DNA from: a bacterium
GTDB lineage: Bacteria; Patescibacteriota; Saccharimonadia; CAILAD01; GCA-016700035
Direction of reading: 5' to 3'
Assembly: GCA_016700035.1 (NCBI GenBank)
Contig: CP064998.1
Coordinates: forward strand, 59,325 to 123,324
DNA: 64,000 nt
The notes under the pieces: generated by a model
The model's database searches: none
Told to the model about the DNA's origin: nothing
The model's input: only the letters and a program-made list of their open reading frames with translations
In this document: positions 8,245 to 17,004 of the stretch, in pieces
How the letters are laid out: each line of letters begins with the position of its first letter
How positions within the stretch are numbered: position 1 is the stretch's first letter
Program-made: the position numbers and the translations under genes

Positions 8245-9598
8245 CTTTCTTTAAGAGTTTTTTTAATTCTTCGCGAACCACCCGACGGTCATCCCAGCTA
8301 GATTTTTTACCATCTATAACAATTGATTGTTCGGCGCCTTTTCCGGTAATCAAAACTAGATCGCCAGGTCCAGCTAAAGATAGGGCATGTGCAATACCGG
8401 CTCGTCGATCGGAGATTTGCCAGTATGTTTTATTTAGCTTGCCACCGGATTCTTCAACCCCGCTGGCGATATCGGCGATGATTTTTTCAGGATTATCACG
8501 ATAGGGATCGACATTAGACAAGACAACAAAGTCGCTGTCCGACATGGCAATTCTCCCCATAATCGGTCGTTTTAACTTATCCCTGCCACCACCTTCTGCC
8601 CCCAGCAGGGTGATGACTTTACAGTTTTTCTGCACCATATCTTTAGCACTTTCCATGAGGGCCTGCATGCCGGTTTCCTCGTGCGCATAATCCACTATGA
8701 CATGAAAATTCTGCCCAGCTTCAATCCGCTCCATGCGCCCCGGTATGACTGTGAGATTTTGTAAGCCACGGGCAATAACTTGGGGAGATTTACCCAGTTC
8801 AAGTGCAGAGGCAATGGCACCGGCGGCATTACTAACATTAATTGATCCAGCTATGGGAATTCGATAAGAGTGTTTATTAATAACAAAGTTAGAGCCTGTC
8901 GCATCGCTTTCAATGCGTGTTGCGCGATAGTCACTTTTTTTGGTTACCGAATAGCTACGCTTGATGTCGGCGATGTGGTCAAAGTATTGTGTGAAATGTT
9001 CAGCATCAGAGTTAGCAATCAAAATCTTTGGCTGTAGTCGGCCTTGGACGGTTTTAGGTTTTTGCGAAAGACTAGCAAATACACGCTTATTGTGTTCGTG
9101 GAGGATTTCTAATGAATAGTTATGGCTGGCCATAAGCTCGCGGGTGACATTGGTAAAAATCAACATGTCAAAATGAATGCCAACGTGTCGCCACTGCGCC
9201 TGTCCTTCAGACGGCACTTCCATGACGGCATATTGACAGCCAGCTTGTTGCATTTCTGCGAGCACTTTTTGTAGACGGTGGCGACCTGGCATGGTCATGT
9301 GATAGGGGTTAAGGCGCTCGGCATGACCAATACGAATATTGGCGGTGCCAACTAAGCCGACTTTTGAACCATCTCCAGATAGAGCCGCCCACAGTAGGTT
9401 GGCAAGTGTAGTCTTGCCTTTTGAGCCAACCACACCAATTACAACCATGTGGCGGCTGGGCTGTCGATAGGCAAAGCTAGAAGCAATCGCTTCGAAGTAG
9501 TGAAAACTATTAATGGCACTTTGGGGAATTAGTTTTTTAAATTGATGAATCATATTATCCATTGTAAACGTTTTTTGCTCGGTCGTCAGACTTCTCAA
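8222..9598 (-). CDS. Mur ligase family protein, most like MurE (UDP-MurNAc-L-Ala-D-Glu : diamino acid ligase)
   Basis: P-loop VGSKGKTT and central VDYAHEE are MurE-like (DYAH). The C-terminal SNVDPYRDNPEKIIADI aligns with the MurE DNPR...IIxDI region. The ORF is 458 aa. Confidence 0.65.
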   Translation of the reverse strand: MRSLTTEQKTFTMDNMIHQFKKLIPQSAINSFHYFEAIASSFAYRQPSRHMVVIGVVGSKGKTTLANLLWAALSGDGSKVGLVGTANIRIGHAERLNPYHMTMPGRHRLQKVLAEMQQAGCQYAVMEVPSEGQAQWRHVGIHFDMLIFTNVTRELMASHNYSLEILHEHNKRVFASLSQKPKTVQGRLQPKILIANSDAEHFTQYFDHIADIKRSYSVTKKSDYRATRIESDATGSNFVINKHSYRIPIAGSINVSNAAGAIASALELGKSPQVIARGLQNLTVIPGRMERIEAGQNFHVIVDYAHEETGMQALMESAKDMVQKNCKVITLLGAEGGGRDKLKRPIMGRIAMSDSDFVVLSNVDPYRDNPEKIIADIASGVEESGGKLNKTYWQISDRRAGIAHALSLAGPGDLVLITGKGAEQSIVIDGKKSSWDDRRVVREELKKLLKKATKRNQS

Positions 9599-9612
9599 GT
9601 GGGCTTATATGG

Positions 9613-10530
9613 TTGATAATGGCTATGATGAGGAAATTAAATATTATCTGTGCCGGAACTTCTGAGGGAAGTGTGAATTATGGTTGTGAGGCTGCGCCAG
9701 AAGTAATCTTGCAATCTGGCCTGGAAACGATGCTCAATCGTGCAAATTGGGAGCTTAAAGTGTCTCATGTACCAGCAGTGGATGAAGACGCTCACTATCA
9801 TGATATAGCGCTCCGTAATGCCACTACGCTAATTCCTTGGTTGCGGGAATTATACCGTCAAATAGGCACTACTACTTCTTATGATGAGCGCGTATTGGTG
9901 CTAGGGGGTGATCATTCGGTTGGGGCTTCTAGTTTACTTGCCACCAAACATAGATATCCGGATGCAGTCTGTATCTATATCGATGCACACCCCGACGCAC
10001 ACACCACCGAGACCACTCAAACTAATAATCTACATGGTTTACCACTAAGAATTGCAACCGGCCAGACCCTTACAAAGGAGTTTGCCGGCCCATATTACAA
10101 GCCCCAAGAAGTTTTTTTAGTGGGCATCAAAGATATTGATTTGGCTGAAGCTCAGTGGCTCAAGGAACACAATATTGCACACCGAACTATGGATGATAAT
10201 ATTGAACAAGGAATTGGTACAATAATGAGAGAAGTAATCAAGTGGGTAGGTGACCGACCAGTACATATTAGTTTTGATATTGATTCAATAGATGCGGTGT
10301 TTGCTCCTGGTACGGGTATTCAGAATATGGGTGGTTTTACATATCGAGAGGCAGAGTATATTGCTAGAAAACTAAGTACATTGGAGCCAGTTGCAATTGA
10401 CATGGTGGAGGTAAACCCATTGCGCGATATAGATGGTAAGACGGTACTGCTAGCACAAGAGTTGAGCATGAAGCTATTAGGGGAAGAGTGGAGTGCTTAT
10501 CATAATTATTTACATTCTAGCGTGCAGTAA
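9613..10530 (+). CDS. arginase/agmatinase/formiminoglutamase (ureohydrolase) family protein
   Basis: The manganese-binding motifs GGDHS, DAHPD and SFDIDSIDAVFAPGTG are present. The ORF is 305 aa (start may be an internal Met). Confidence 0.8.
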   Translation: MIMAMMRKLNIICAGTSEGSVNYGCEAAPEVILQSGLETMLNRANWELKVSHVPAVDEDAHYHDIALRNATTLIPWLRELYRQIGTTTSYDERVLVLGGDHSVGASSLLATKHRYPDAVCIYIDAHPDAHTTETTQTNNLHGLPLRIATGQTLTKEFAGPYYKPQEVFLVGIKDIDLAEAQWLKEHNIAHRTMDDNIEQGIGTIMREVIKWVGDRPVHISFDIDSIDAVFAPGTGIQNMGGFTYREAEYIARKLSTLEPVAIDMVEVNPLRDIDGKTVLLAQELSMKLLGEEWSAYHNYLHSSVQ

Positions 10531-11132
10531 TGCGGGCGTCTCGACATCGTCGAGAAGAGATGCATTCCAGGCTAATTTTGGCTGGAATAGTATTATTGAT
10601 TGGGCTTTTTTTGGGGTTTTTGGCTTGGCGTTTTTGGGTAGGTCAGAGGGAGATTGTTTCATTTACACCTAAGTCTATTGAATTGGTTGATCGCACAGAT
10701 ATGCAGCGTGTTGAAACAGCCTGCTATGAGATGTATTTACCGAAAGACTTTGAAGTTATTAAGAACATGGATTGCCGCATGGGAGCCTATGCTAGACCTA
10801 GGAAACATAGTTATTTTCAGGTATCTCCATATTATGCTGTGAGCAGTGAAGAGGAGATGTTGGCTAAATGGCGCGAGCGCTGGTTAACACTTGGAGCAGA
10901 AGAACGTACTAAGGACAGGATAGTAATTGGTGGTCGCTTGGCCTGGAAGCTAGTGGACTATTATCCGCAAAATAAAGAGAGTTTTGTGACATATCTGGTG
11001 TTTTTGGATGCCGGAATACAAGTTGACGGCAAAGATTCGATACGGGCTTTTGAGTTACGGGGCTGGAGCACAAGTGAGGCGGATCAAAACCTGATAGCCG
11101 GAATAATACAGGACTGGCATTGGCGATTTTAG
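10530..11132 (+). CDS. membrane-anchored protein, member 1 of a local paralogous family (C-terminal WHWRF)
   Basis: 200 aa. N-terminal TM, then CYEMYLP...C and a C-terminal DWHWRF. The start overlaps the arginase stop (TAATG). Confidence 0.6.
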   Translation: MRASRHRREEMHSRLILAGIVLLIGLFLGFLAWRFWVGQREIVSFTPKSIELVDRTDMQRVETACYEMYLPKDFEVIKNMDCRMGAYARPRKHSYFQVSPYYAVSSEEEMLAKWRERWLTLGAEERTKDRIVIGGRLAWKLVDYYPQNKESFVTYLVFLDAGIQVDGKDSIRAFELRGWSTSEADQNLIAGIIQDWHWRF

Positions 11133-11191
11133 ACCACTACTGAGTTCTAAGATGCTCATGCTATACTACAAACAGCAAGCATTGTTATTTT

Positions 11192-12358
11192 ATGAATCCT
11201 GCAGACCCAAATCTACCCCAAGCGAACCCTACTCCTCAGCCACCTCAGCCAGCTTCTCCTGCTGGTGACGTGCCGGTTTTTCATAACCCATTGGCACAAG
11301 GCTACGAAAATGGTACAGCACAGCTTCCACCGATCCAGCCAGACTCAGTTCAGCCGGTAATTCCACCACAGACTAGCTCGGTAGCACCCAATCAGCCATC
11401 GGTTAGCCCATCACATTCAATTACTGATCCACCAAGTGGCGTAAGTGCGGAGTCAGCCACCACATCATCTCCACAGCCTGTAGTTGGCGTTGGGCAAGCT
11501 CAGCCTAGAGTGAGTGAGCTATCCGACTCCTCTATAAAGCCCGCTCCTGTACGTCTAGCTCCAGTACCACGCAGTGACGATATACACGCCGGGGGCTTGC
11601 AGGATAGCTCGCAGAGTGCGCCATTTGGATCAGTGCCAACAACCAATGTCGCACCAGCCCCATCGACTAATCAAATACCATCGCAAGCAAATGTTGCAAA
11701 ACGTAAACCCATTGGGTTAATTGTTGGTCTTGCGGTTGGCGTCGCGGTTTTGCTAGTGGCTGGAATTGGAGGATATGCGTTTTTTGTGTCCAAGAAATCA
11801 AACCAACCAGTTGCTTCTAGCTCGGTTGCTGTGGGTTCAGTTCGGGATAAGACTGAAAAGCCAACTCAACCATTTAGTGAGAAGATTTCTACAGACTGCT
11901 ACATCGCTCAGGCACTTACGCCGGTTGAGACTCAGCAGAATAAAGATTGTGCATTATCAATTACGTATGGTGAACAAAAAGTTTCTTCAATATTCGTATC
12001 GGCACTTGGTCAATTTGATCTTACAACAGGAGGACAGACAGATAACAATAGCCAAAATGCTAATAATCATACAGATACTAAAAAGTATTTAGAGGCATTA
12101 ATTGTTGATATTATTCCTAAAGATTTAGTGACAACTCGGGAGGACATAAAGGTTGGCGGCTTAGATGCTACAAAAGTAGTTGGGAAAAAAGATGCCGCAT
12201 CAAGTGTTGATGTGGCCTATGTATTTATTATTCTCCCAGAGGGCGATAAGACATTTGGCGATAAGACATTTGTCGCTTTTATTGTTACCGGCGCATACAA
12301 TGATGACTATAGCCGTAAGGGCTTTGATCAATTTCTATCAACCTGGTCTTGGAAATAA
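11192..12358 (+). CDS. membrane-anchored protein with a Pro-rich N-terminal region, member 2 of the paralogous family (C-terminal WSWK)
   Basis: 388 aa. About 170 aa of P/Q/S-rich low complexity, a TM helix, then DCYIAQ...C...TWSWK. Confidence 0.6.
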   Translation: MNPADPNLPQANPTPQPPQPASPAGDVPVFHNPLAQGYENGTAQLPPIQPDSVQPVIPPQTSSVAPNQPSVSPSHSITDPPSGVSAESATTSSPQPVVGVGQAQPRVSELSDSSIKPAPVRLAPVPRSDDIHAGGLQDSSQSAPFGSVPTTNVAPAPSTNQIPSQANVAKRKPIGLIVGLAVGVAVLLVAGIGGYAFFVSKKSNQPVASSSVAVGSVRDKTEKPTQPFSEKISTDCYIAQALTPVETQQNKDCALSITYGEQKVSSIFVSALGQFDLTTGGQTDNNSQNANNHTDTKKYLEALIVDIIPKDLVTTREDIKVGGLDATKVVGKKDAASSVDVAYVFIILPEGDKTFGDKTFVAFIVTGAYNDDYSRKGFDQFLSTWSWK

Positions 12359-12373
12359 TATTAGGAGATAGGT

Positions 12374-13030
12374 ATGGGCAATATTATGGAGTCACAAAAA
12401 CATGCGCGTAAATATCATTTACTAGCAATTGGATTGGGCTTGATTGCTGTAATAGTAATATCTTTTACTATATATGCTTTTTTAACAAAAAAATCACCTC
12501 ATGATCAGCAAAAAGGGCAGGGTAGTACGGCTGTAAATGATGTTGTGGGCCAAGGTGAGTTGCAGGGTAATGAACAGAGGGATAAGGGTAAGATTGAAAA
12601 TGAATGCTACACATTTGAAGTTCCTCGCAGTATAAGTTTAGGGATGAACCAATATTGTGCAGTTGATTTGGGGTATGGCTCGAGTGAAGGGGGAGCATTG
12701 GTAGTCGCGCCTCATGCAATGGCCTATAGCGGTGAGAGTGTCATTAATTTCGATAAGAGCCTAGAGGCTTATAGAAAACAACTTCAAACAGAAGGGGTAA
12801 CGATTGCATCCGAAGTAGCGATTAAATTGGGTGGCCAGGAGGCGGTGCGGTTAACCACTGTTAAAGGCGCTGACAAGAAGATTATTATTTTAGCCAAAAC
12901 TAATACCTCGACTAGATTTGATAGTGTTGGTCAACCAATTCAAGGGATTCTAATTAGTACACCAAATATGAGCAGAGAAAACATAGAGGTAATTGATGGC
13001 GCAGTTAAGACCTGGCAGTGGCGACAGTAA
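12374..13030 (+). CDS. membrane-anchored protein, member 3 of the paralogous family (C-terminal TWQWRQ)
   Basis: 218 aa. N-terminal TM, then ECYTFEVP...C...KTWQWRQ. SD aggaga lies upstream. Confidence 0.6.
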   Translation: MGNIMESQKHARKYHLLAIGLGLIAVIVISFTIYAFLTKKSPHDQQKGQGSTAVNDVVGQGELQGNEQRDKGKIENECYTFEVPRSISLGMNQYCAVDLGYGSSEGGALVVAPHAMAYSGESVINFDKSLEAYRKQLQTEGVTIASEVAIKLGGQEAVRLTTVKGADKKIIILAKTNTSTRFDSVGQPIQGILISTPNMSRENIEVIDGAVKTWQWRQ

Positions 13031-13584
13031 CACTAGATACACCACCAATTGCGTTAATTATTCATGGCTGGAATGATGATCCAGCTAGAGGGTGGCTTGG
13101 TTGGCTAAATGCCCAATTGACGGAGCGGGGCTATGATGTTCGCTCACCACATCTGCAGATAGGCGAAAGGCCACTCCTCAAGCGCTGGAATAATCAGATT
13201 GGGCCTCTTGCTAACGAATTGAGCCAGCAGAGCATAGTGGTGGCTCACTCGCTGGGCTGTTTTTTAACTTTGCGCATGCTTGAAGCGATTAGTTTGGATG
13301 ACCCAGTTGATAAGGTGATCTTAGTGAGTGGTTTTTATGATGCCCCGAATGATACGGCGTCAAAATTTTTTGCTCCGGAGCCAGACTGGATACACATAAA
13401 AGAACAGGCTCGAAAATTTATTTGTATCTATTCTAATGATGATACTATTGTTACTCCTGATCGAACGCGACGGCTATCGCATAAGCTAGATGCAGAGCTC
13501 ATGATGCTTGCTGATAAAGGGCATTTTTTAGGCAGTCGAGGCCTGAAGACTTTGCCAGAAATATTAGAGTTTATAGAAGAGTAA
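13018..13584 (+). CDS. alpha/beta serine hydrolase of the RBBP9/YdeN-like family
   Basis: IIHGWNDDPARGWLGWL plus the nucleophile elbow AHSLG and a downstream Asp/His. The ORF is 188 aa. Confidence 0.55.
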   Translation: MATVTLDTPPIALIIHGWNDDPARGWLGWLNAQLTERGYDVRSPHLQIGERPLLKRWNNQIGPLANELSQQSIVVAHSLGCFLTLRMLEAISLDDPVDKVILVSGFYDAPNDTASKFFAPEPDWIHIKEQARKFICIYSNDDTIVTPDRTRRLSHKLDAELMMLADKGHFLGSRGLKTLPEILEFIEE

Positions 13585-13616
13585 ACGCAGTCTTTTCGTT
13601 TACTCTTCGGTTTTGT
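13581..13616 (+). terminator. putative intrinsic terminator after the hydrolase gene
   Basis: gtaaacg / cgtttac forms a 7-bp stem, followed by tcttcggtttt. Confidence 0.4.
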
Positions 13617-13641
13617 AGATTTAGCGCATATAATATTAGCT

Positions 13642-15405
13642 ATGAATGATGTTGAGGAAGTCAAGCAACGGCTGGATATTGTAGAAGTAGTCGCAGGATA
13701 TGTTGAGCTAAAAAAAGCTGGCAAGGATTATCGTGGTATTTCGCCTTTTCGTTCCGAGAAAACACCCAGCTTTTTTGTAAGCCCAGATAAGCAGATTTGG
13801 CATGATTTTGGGGCTAATGAGGGTGGAGATGTGATTAGTTTTGTTATGAGGGCAGAAGGATTGAGTTTTCCTGAGGCCTTGGAGATGTTGGCAGCTCGTG
13901 CGGGTGTGGAACTTAAGCCTCGTAGTCAGGGCATGGGTAGCGAAAAGAAGGGCCGTCTTTTTGCGGTAGTGGAGCTAGCTACAAGGTACTACCATTATCA
14001 ACTTTCGCGATCTGATTTAGCATTGGTATATTTAAAAGAAACACGAGCTTTAAAGCCAGCAACCATTAAGGCTTTTCGATTGGGCTATGCGCCATCAGGC
14101 TGGACCAGCTTTACGGAATATGCCACCAAGCAGGGATTTAGTTTAGATGAGCTAGTTAAGGCTGGATTGAGCGCTAAGAGTAGTCGTTCGCGTGGTGGTT
14201 ACGATGTTTTTCGTGATCGAGTGATGTTTCCAGTTTTTGATGCACAGGCCCGTCCAGTCGGTTTCTCGGGCAGAATACTGGAGGCTGACCAGAAAACGGC
14301 AAAATATGTTAATACTTCAGACACGCCAATTTATCATAAATCAAGGGTGTTATACGGCTTAGCTCAGGCGAAAGAGGCAATTCGTGATCAAGATACGGTG
14401 ATAGTGGTTGAAGGTAATGTAGATGTGGTAATCTTGTGGCAGTTTGGTCAAAAAAATGTGGTTGCAGCTAGTGGGACGGCTCTTACTATCGATCAGGTTA
14501 AAGCTCTGGGGCGACTGGCTTCCACCATCAAGCTATGTTTTGATCAGGATAAGGCAGGTTTACAGGCAACGTTGCGAGCTATTGAGTTAGGGCAGGAAGC
14601 TGGTGTGCGGATTGAAGTTATATCGATTGAGGGGGCTAAAGACCCCGATGAGCTTTTAGTAAAAAGTCCAGAAAAATGGAAAAAATATGTTGATAATTCG
14701 CAGTATGCAATTGATTACTTGTTTGATTATGCGGTCAAAACAATAGGTATTGATGCTGGTCCTGCAAAGAAATCTACTACAAAGTTTCTGATTCCAGTTT
14801 TGCGTAAAATTCATGATCGCATTGAATTAGAGCATTACATAACTCGGCTCAGCCAATTAGTGCAGGTTGATAATGGCGTTATAAAACAGTTAGTTGAGCA
14901 AGAAAAATCTCCAAAAAGTGCGAACACAAAAGTAGCACAAGAGCCTGAAATTACTGCTAAAAAAACTACCACGAAACGCCTTACACGAGGTGCCCGTCTC
15001 GAAGAAATGTTTCTGGAGCTACTTATTGCATACCCTGCTACGCGAATGGCGTTAGAAGACTTAGAGTTAGATGATATCTCACATGATAATAAAAAGCTTT
15101 TTGAATATTTAGCAAAACATCCACGAGTGGGGGAATCTGGCATCGCTAAAGCCTTGCCAGATGTAGGGGATCGTGTTAAAATGCTGGGGTTACGGGGTAG
15201 CCATGAATACTCGGAAATGACCGAGCACGAGAGAGGGCTCGAAGCCTTTACCCAAGTCCATAATTTACTAAAACATACCTATGTACAAAAAAAACAACAA
15301 CTCCAGCGTGAGATTGCCCAAGCTGAAGCTCAGGGTGATGTGGAGGTCGCTGCAAAAAAATTACACCAATACCAGTCTATTATGAAGCAAATGAGCGAAC
15401 TATAG
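13642..15405 (+). CDS. dnaG: DNA primase DnaG (zinc-ribbon ligands all substituted)
   Basis: ZBD-like EKTPSF, the TOPRIM core (VIVVEGNVDVVIL ... DQDKAG) and a C-terminal helicase-interaction region are present. TATAAT lies 7 nt upstream of the ATG. Confidence 0.9.
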   Translation: MNDVEEVKQRLDIVEVVAGYVELKKAGKDYRGISPFRSEKTPSFFVSPDKQIWHDFGANEGGDVISFVMRAEGLSFPEALEMLAARAGVELKPRSQGMGSEKKGRLFAVVELATRYYHYQLSRSDLALVYLKETRALKPATIKAFRLGYAPSGWTSFTEYATKQGFSLDELVKAGLSAKSSRSRGGYDVFRDRVMFPVFDAQARPVGFSGRILEADQKTAKYVNTSDTPIYHKSRVLYGLAQAKEAIRDQDTVIVVEGNVDVVILWQFGQKNVVAASGTALTIDQVKALGRLASTIKLCFDQDKAGLQATLRAIELGQEAGVRIEVISIEGAKDPDELLVKSPEKWKKYVDNSQYAIDYLFDYAVKTIGIDAGPAKKSTTKFLIPVLRKIHDRIELEHYITRLSQLVQVDNGVIKQLVEQEKSPKSANTKVAQEPEITAKKTTTKRLTRGARLEEMFLELLIAYPATRMALEDLELDDISHDNKKLFEYLAKHPRVGESGIAKALPDVGDRVKMLGLRGSHEYSEMTEHERGLEAFTQVHNLLKHTYVQKKQQLQREIAQAEAQGDVEVAAKKLHQYQSIMKQMSEL

Positions 15406-15449
15406 ATTTAAAAAACTAGTGATTATTTATCTTAAGTAAAGGAGCCTTT

Positions 15450-16571
15450 ATGCCGCGTAAGGCAAAGAACCTAACACCACCACCAACCCCAGAAATACCA
15501 GATGAACTCAAGCCTATTGTTGATCGACTTTTAATGAAGGGTCGGGAGCAAGGGTTTGTTACGCAGCAGGAAATTATGGCTGCTGTTCCATCCGCTGAGG
15601 AGCAAGTTGAGTTATTGGATGATCTTTATTCAGCCTTGATCGATCAAGGGGTTGAGGTGGTTGATCAAAAAGATAAGCTTATTTGGCAAACTGAGCCAGA
15701 GGAAGATGTTGAAAACGCCACCAGCGAAGAATACATTAAAGACATTGCTGATGATTCTGTGCGGCTTTACTTGCGCGAGATTGGTAAGATTCCACTTATT
15801 ACCGCTGAAGAAGAAGTGGCTCTAGCAAAACGTATTGAGCAGGGTGATAAATCGGCTAAGGATGCCCTAGCTGAGGCAAATATGCGCTTGGTGGTATCGA
15901 TTGCTAAAAAGTATATTGGGCGTGGACTCGATCTCTTGGATCTTATCCAGGAGGGTAATACGGGTCTTTTGCGAGCTGTCGAAAAATTTGATTACACCAA
16001 AGGCTTTAAGTTTTCGACCTATGCCACGTGGTGGATTAGACAAGCTATTACTCGAGCAATAGCGGATCAGGCTAGAGTAATTCGTATTCCAGTTCATATG
16101 GTGGAGACGATTAATAAGCTTATTCGTACGCAACGTCGACTTACTTCTGAACTGGGACGTGAGCCAAGCCCGGAGGAGTTAGCAAAAGAAATGGAGATGG
16201 ATGTCGAGAAGGTTTTGCATATCCAAAAGATTAGTCAGGATACTACATCTCTAGATGCTACAGTTGGTGAGGATGATGACTCGACTCTTTCTGAGTTTAT
16301 TGAAGACCATGACTCGGTTAGTCCAGTTGATGCCGCGACTTATGAGCTTTTGAAGGAGCATATTGATGAGACTCTAGACCTCTTAACGCCTCGCGAGCAG
16401 AAGATTTTACGGATGCGGTTTGGCTTAGAGGATGGGCGTTCGCATACGCTAGAGGAAGTGGGTCAGGAATTTGGCGTGACACGGGAGCGTATCCGCCAGA
16501 TTGAAGCTAAGGCGCTGGCAAAATTGCGCAAGAATAAAGACTCGAAAAAACTTAAAGACTACATTCAATAA
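15450..16571 (+). CDS. rpoD: RNA polymerase sigma-70 factor RpoD/SigA
   Basis: Region 2 ([41 protein letters not shown]) and region 4 ([24 protein letters not shown]) are present. SD aaaggag lies upstream. Confidence 0.95.
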   Translation: MPRKAKNLTPPPTPEIPDELKPIVDRLLMKGREQGFVTQQEIMAAVPSAEEQVELLDDLYSALIDQGVEVVDQKDKLIWQTEPEEDVENATSEEYIKDIADDSVRLYLREIGKIPLITAEEEVALAKRIEQGDKSAKDALAEANMRLVVSIAKKYIGRGLDLLDLIQEGNTGLLRAVEKFDYTKGFKFSTYATWWIRQAITRAIADQARVIRIPVHMVETINKLIRTQRRLTSELGREPSPEELAKEMEMDVEKVLHIQKISQDTTSLDATVGEDDDSTLSEFIEDHDSVSPVDAATYELLKEHIDETLDLLTPREQKILRMRFGLEDGRSHTLEEVGQEFGVTRERIRQIEAKALAKLRKNKDSKKLKDYIQ

Positions 16572-16573
16572 AA

Positions 16574-16599
16574 AACACCCAGCCTAATAGCTAGGTGTT
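16574..16599 (-). terminator. hairpin with U-tract on the minus strand (terminator of the 16598-16951 gene); no U-tract for rpoD
   Basis: aacacc(c)agc ctaata gct(a)ggtgtt forms a stem, with aaaaa immediately 5' on the + strand, which becomes the U-tract of the minus-strand transcript. Confidence 0.45.
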
Positions 16600-16951
16600 A
16601 CTGGAGTGGATCCGGTGCTTCGGGTGGTTCGGGATCTACATTGCCTGGTAGCGGGCCATTGCGCAGTTGATCGCGCGCCTCAGGCAGTCGTCGCTCGGCA
16701 ATATCTCGGTAGTGTTTACCAATGCGATGCTGTACAGGGGGTTCCTGTGGGCCCCGTGTTTTACCAGATGCTACACGTTCTTGTGCGGCTTGGAGTTCGG
16801 CTCGTGCCGCATCGGCAGGGCTGGTTGGCGGTGCATCATCAGGGTTGCTGTGTACCAGCTTACTCAGCGCCTCTTTATAGGCTTTAATTTTTTCTGGGTC
16901 AACAATATTATCGCCACGGATATCTCGATCTTTTTCGGATTGTTCGGCCAT
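16598..16951 (-). CDS. hypothetical Pro-rich, probably disordered protein (internal Met start of the 169-aa track ORF)
   Basis: The start was chosen at MAEQSEKDRD to avoid overlap with polA. The gene is GC-rich and has a minus-strand terminator. Two alternative-frame + ORFs overlap it, so coding status is uncertain. Confidence 0.35.
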   Translation of the reverse strand: MAEQSEKDRDIRGDNIVDPEKIKAYKEALSKLVHSNPDDAPPTSPADAARAELQAAQERVASGKTRGPQEPPVQHRIGKHYRDIAERRLPEARDQLRNGPLPGNVDPEPPEAPDPLQ

Positions 16952-17004
16952 AACGCCATTATTACACTGATATCGCGAAAAAACCAGGTATAATCTAAAA
17001 CAGT

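Noticed and set aside
9598-9613. Divergent promoter between the MurE-like and arginase-family genes
   Set aside because: The gap is only 14 bp, so any promoters must lie inside the coding sequences and cannot be identified by eye.
16573-16600. Bidirectional terminator serving rpoD
   Set aside because: The hairpin has an A-tract 5' but no T-tract 3' on the + strand, so it qualifies as an intrinsic terminator only for the minus-strand transcript. rpoD termination is unexplained.
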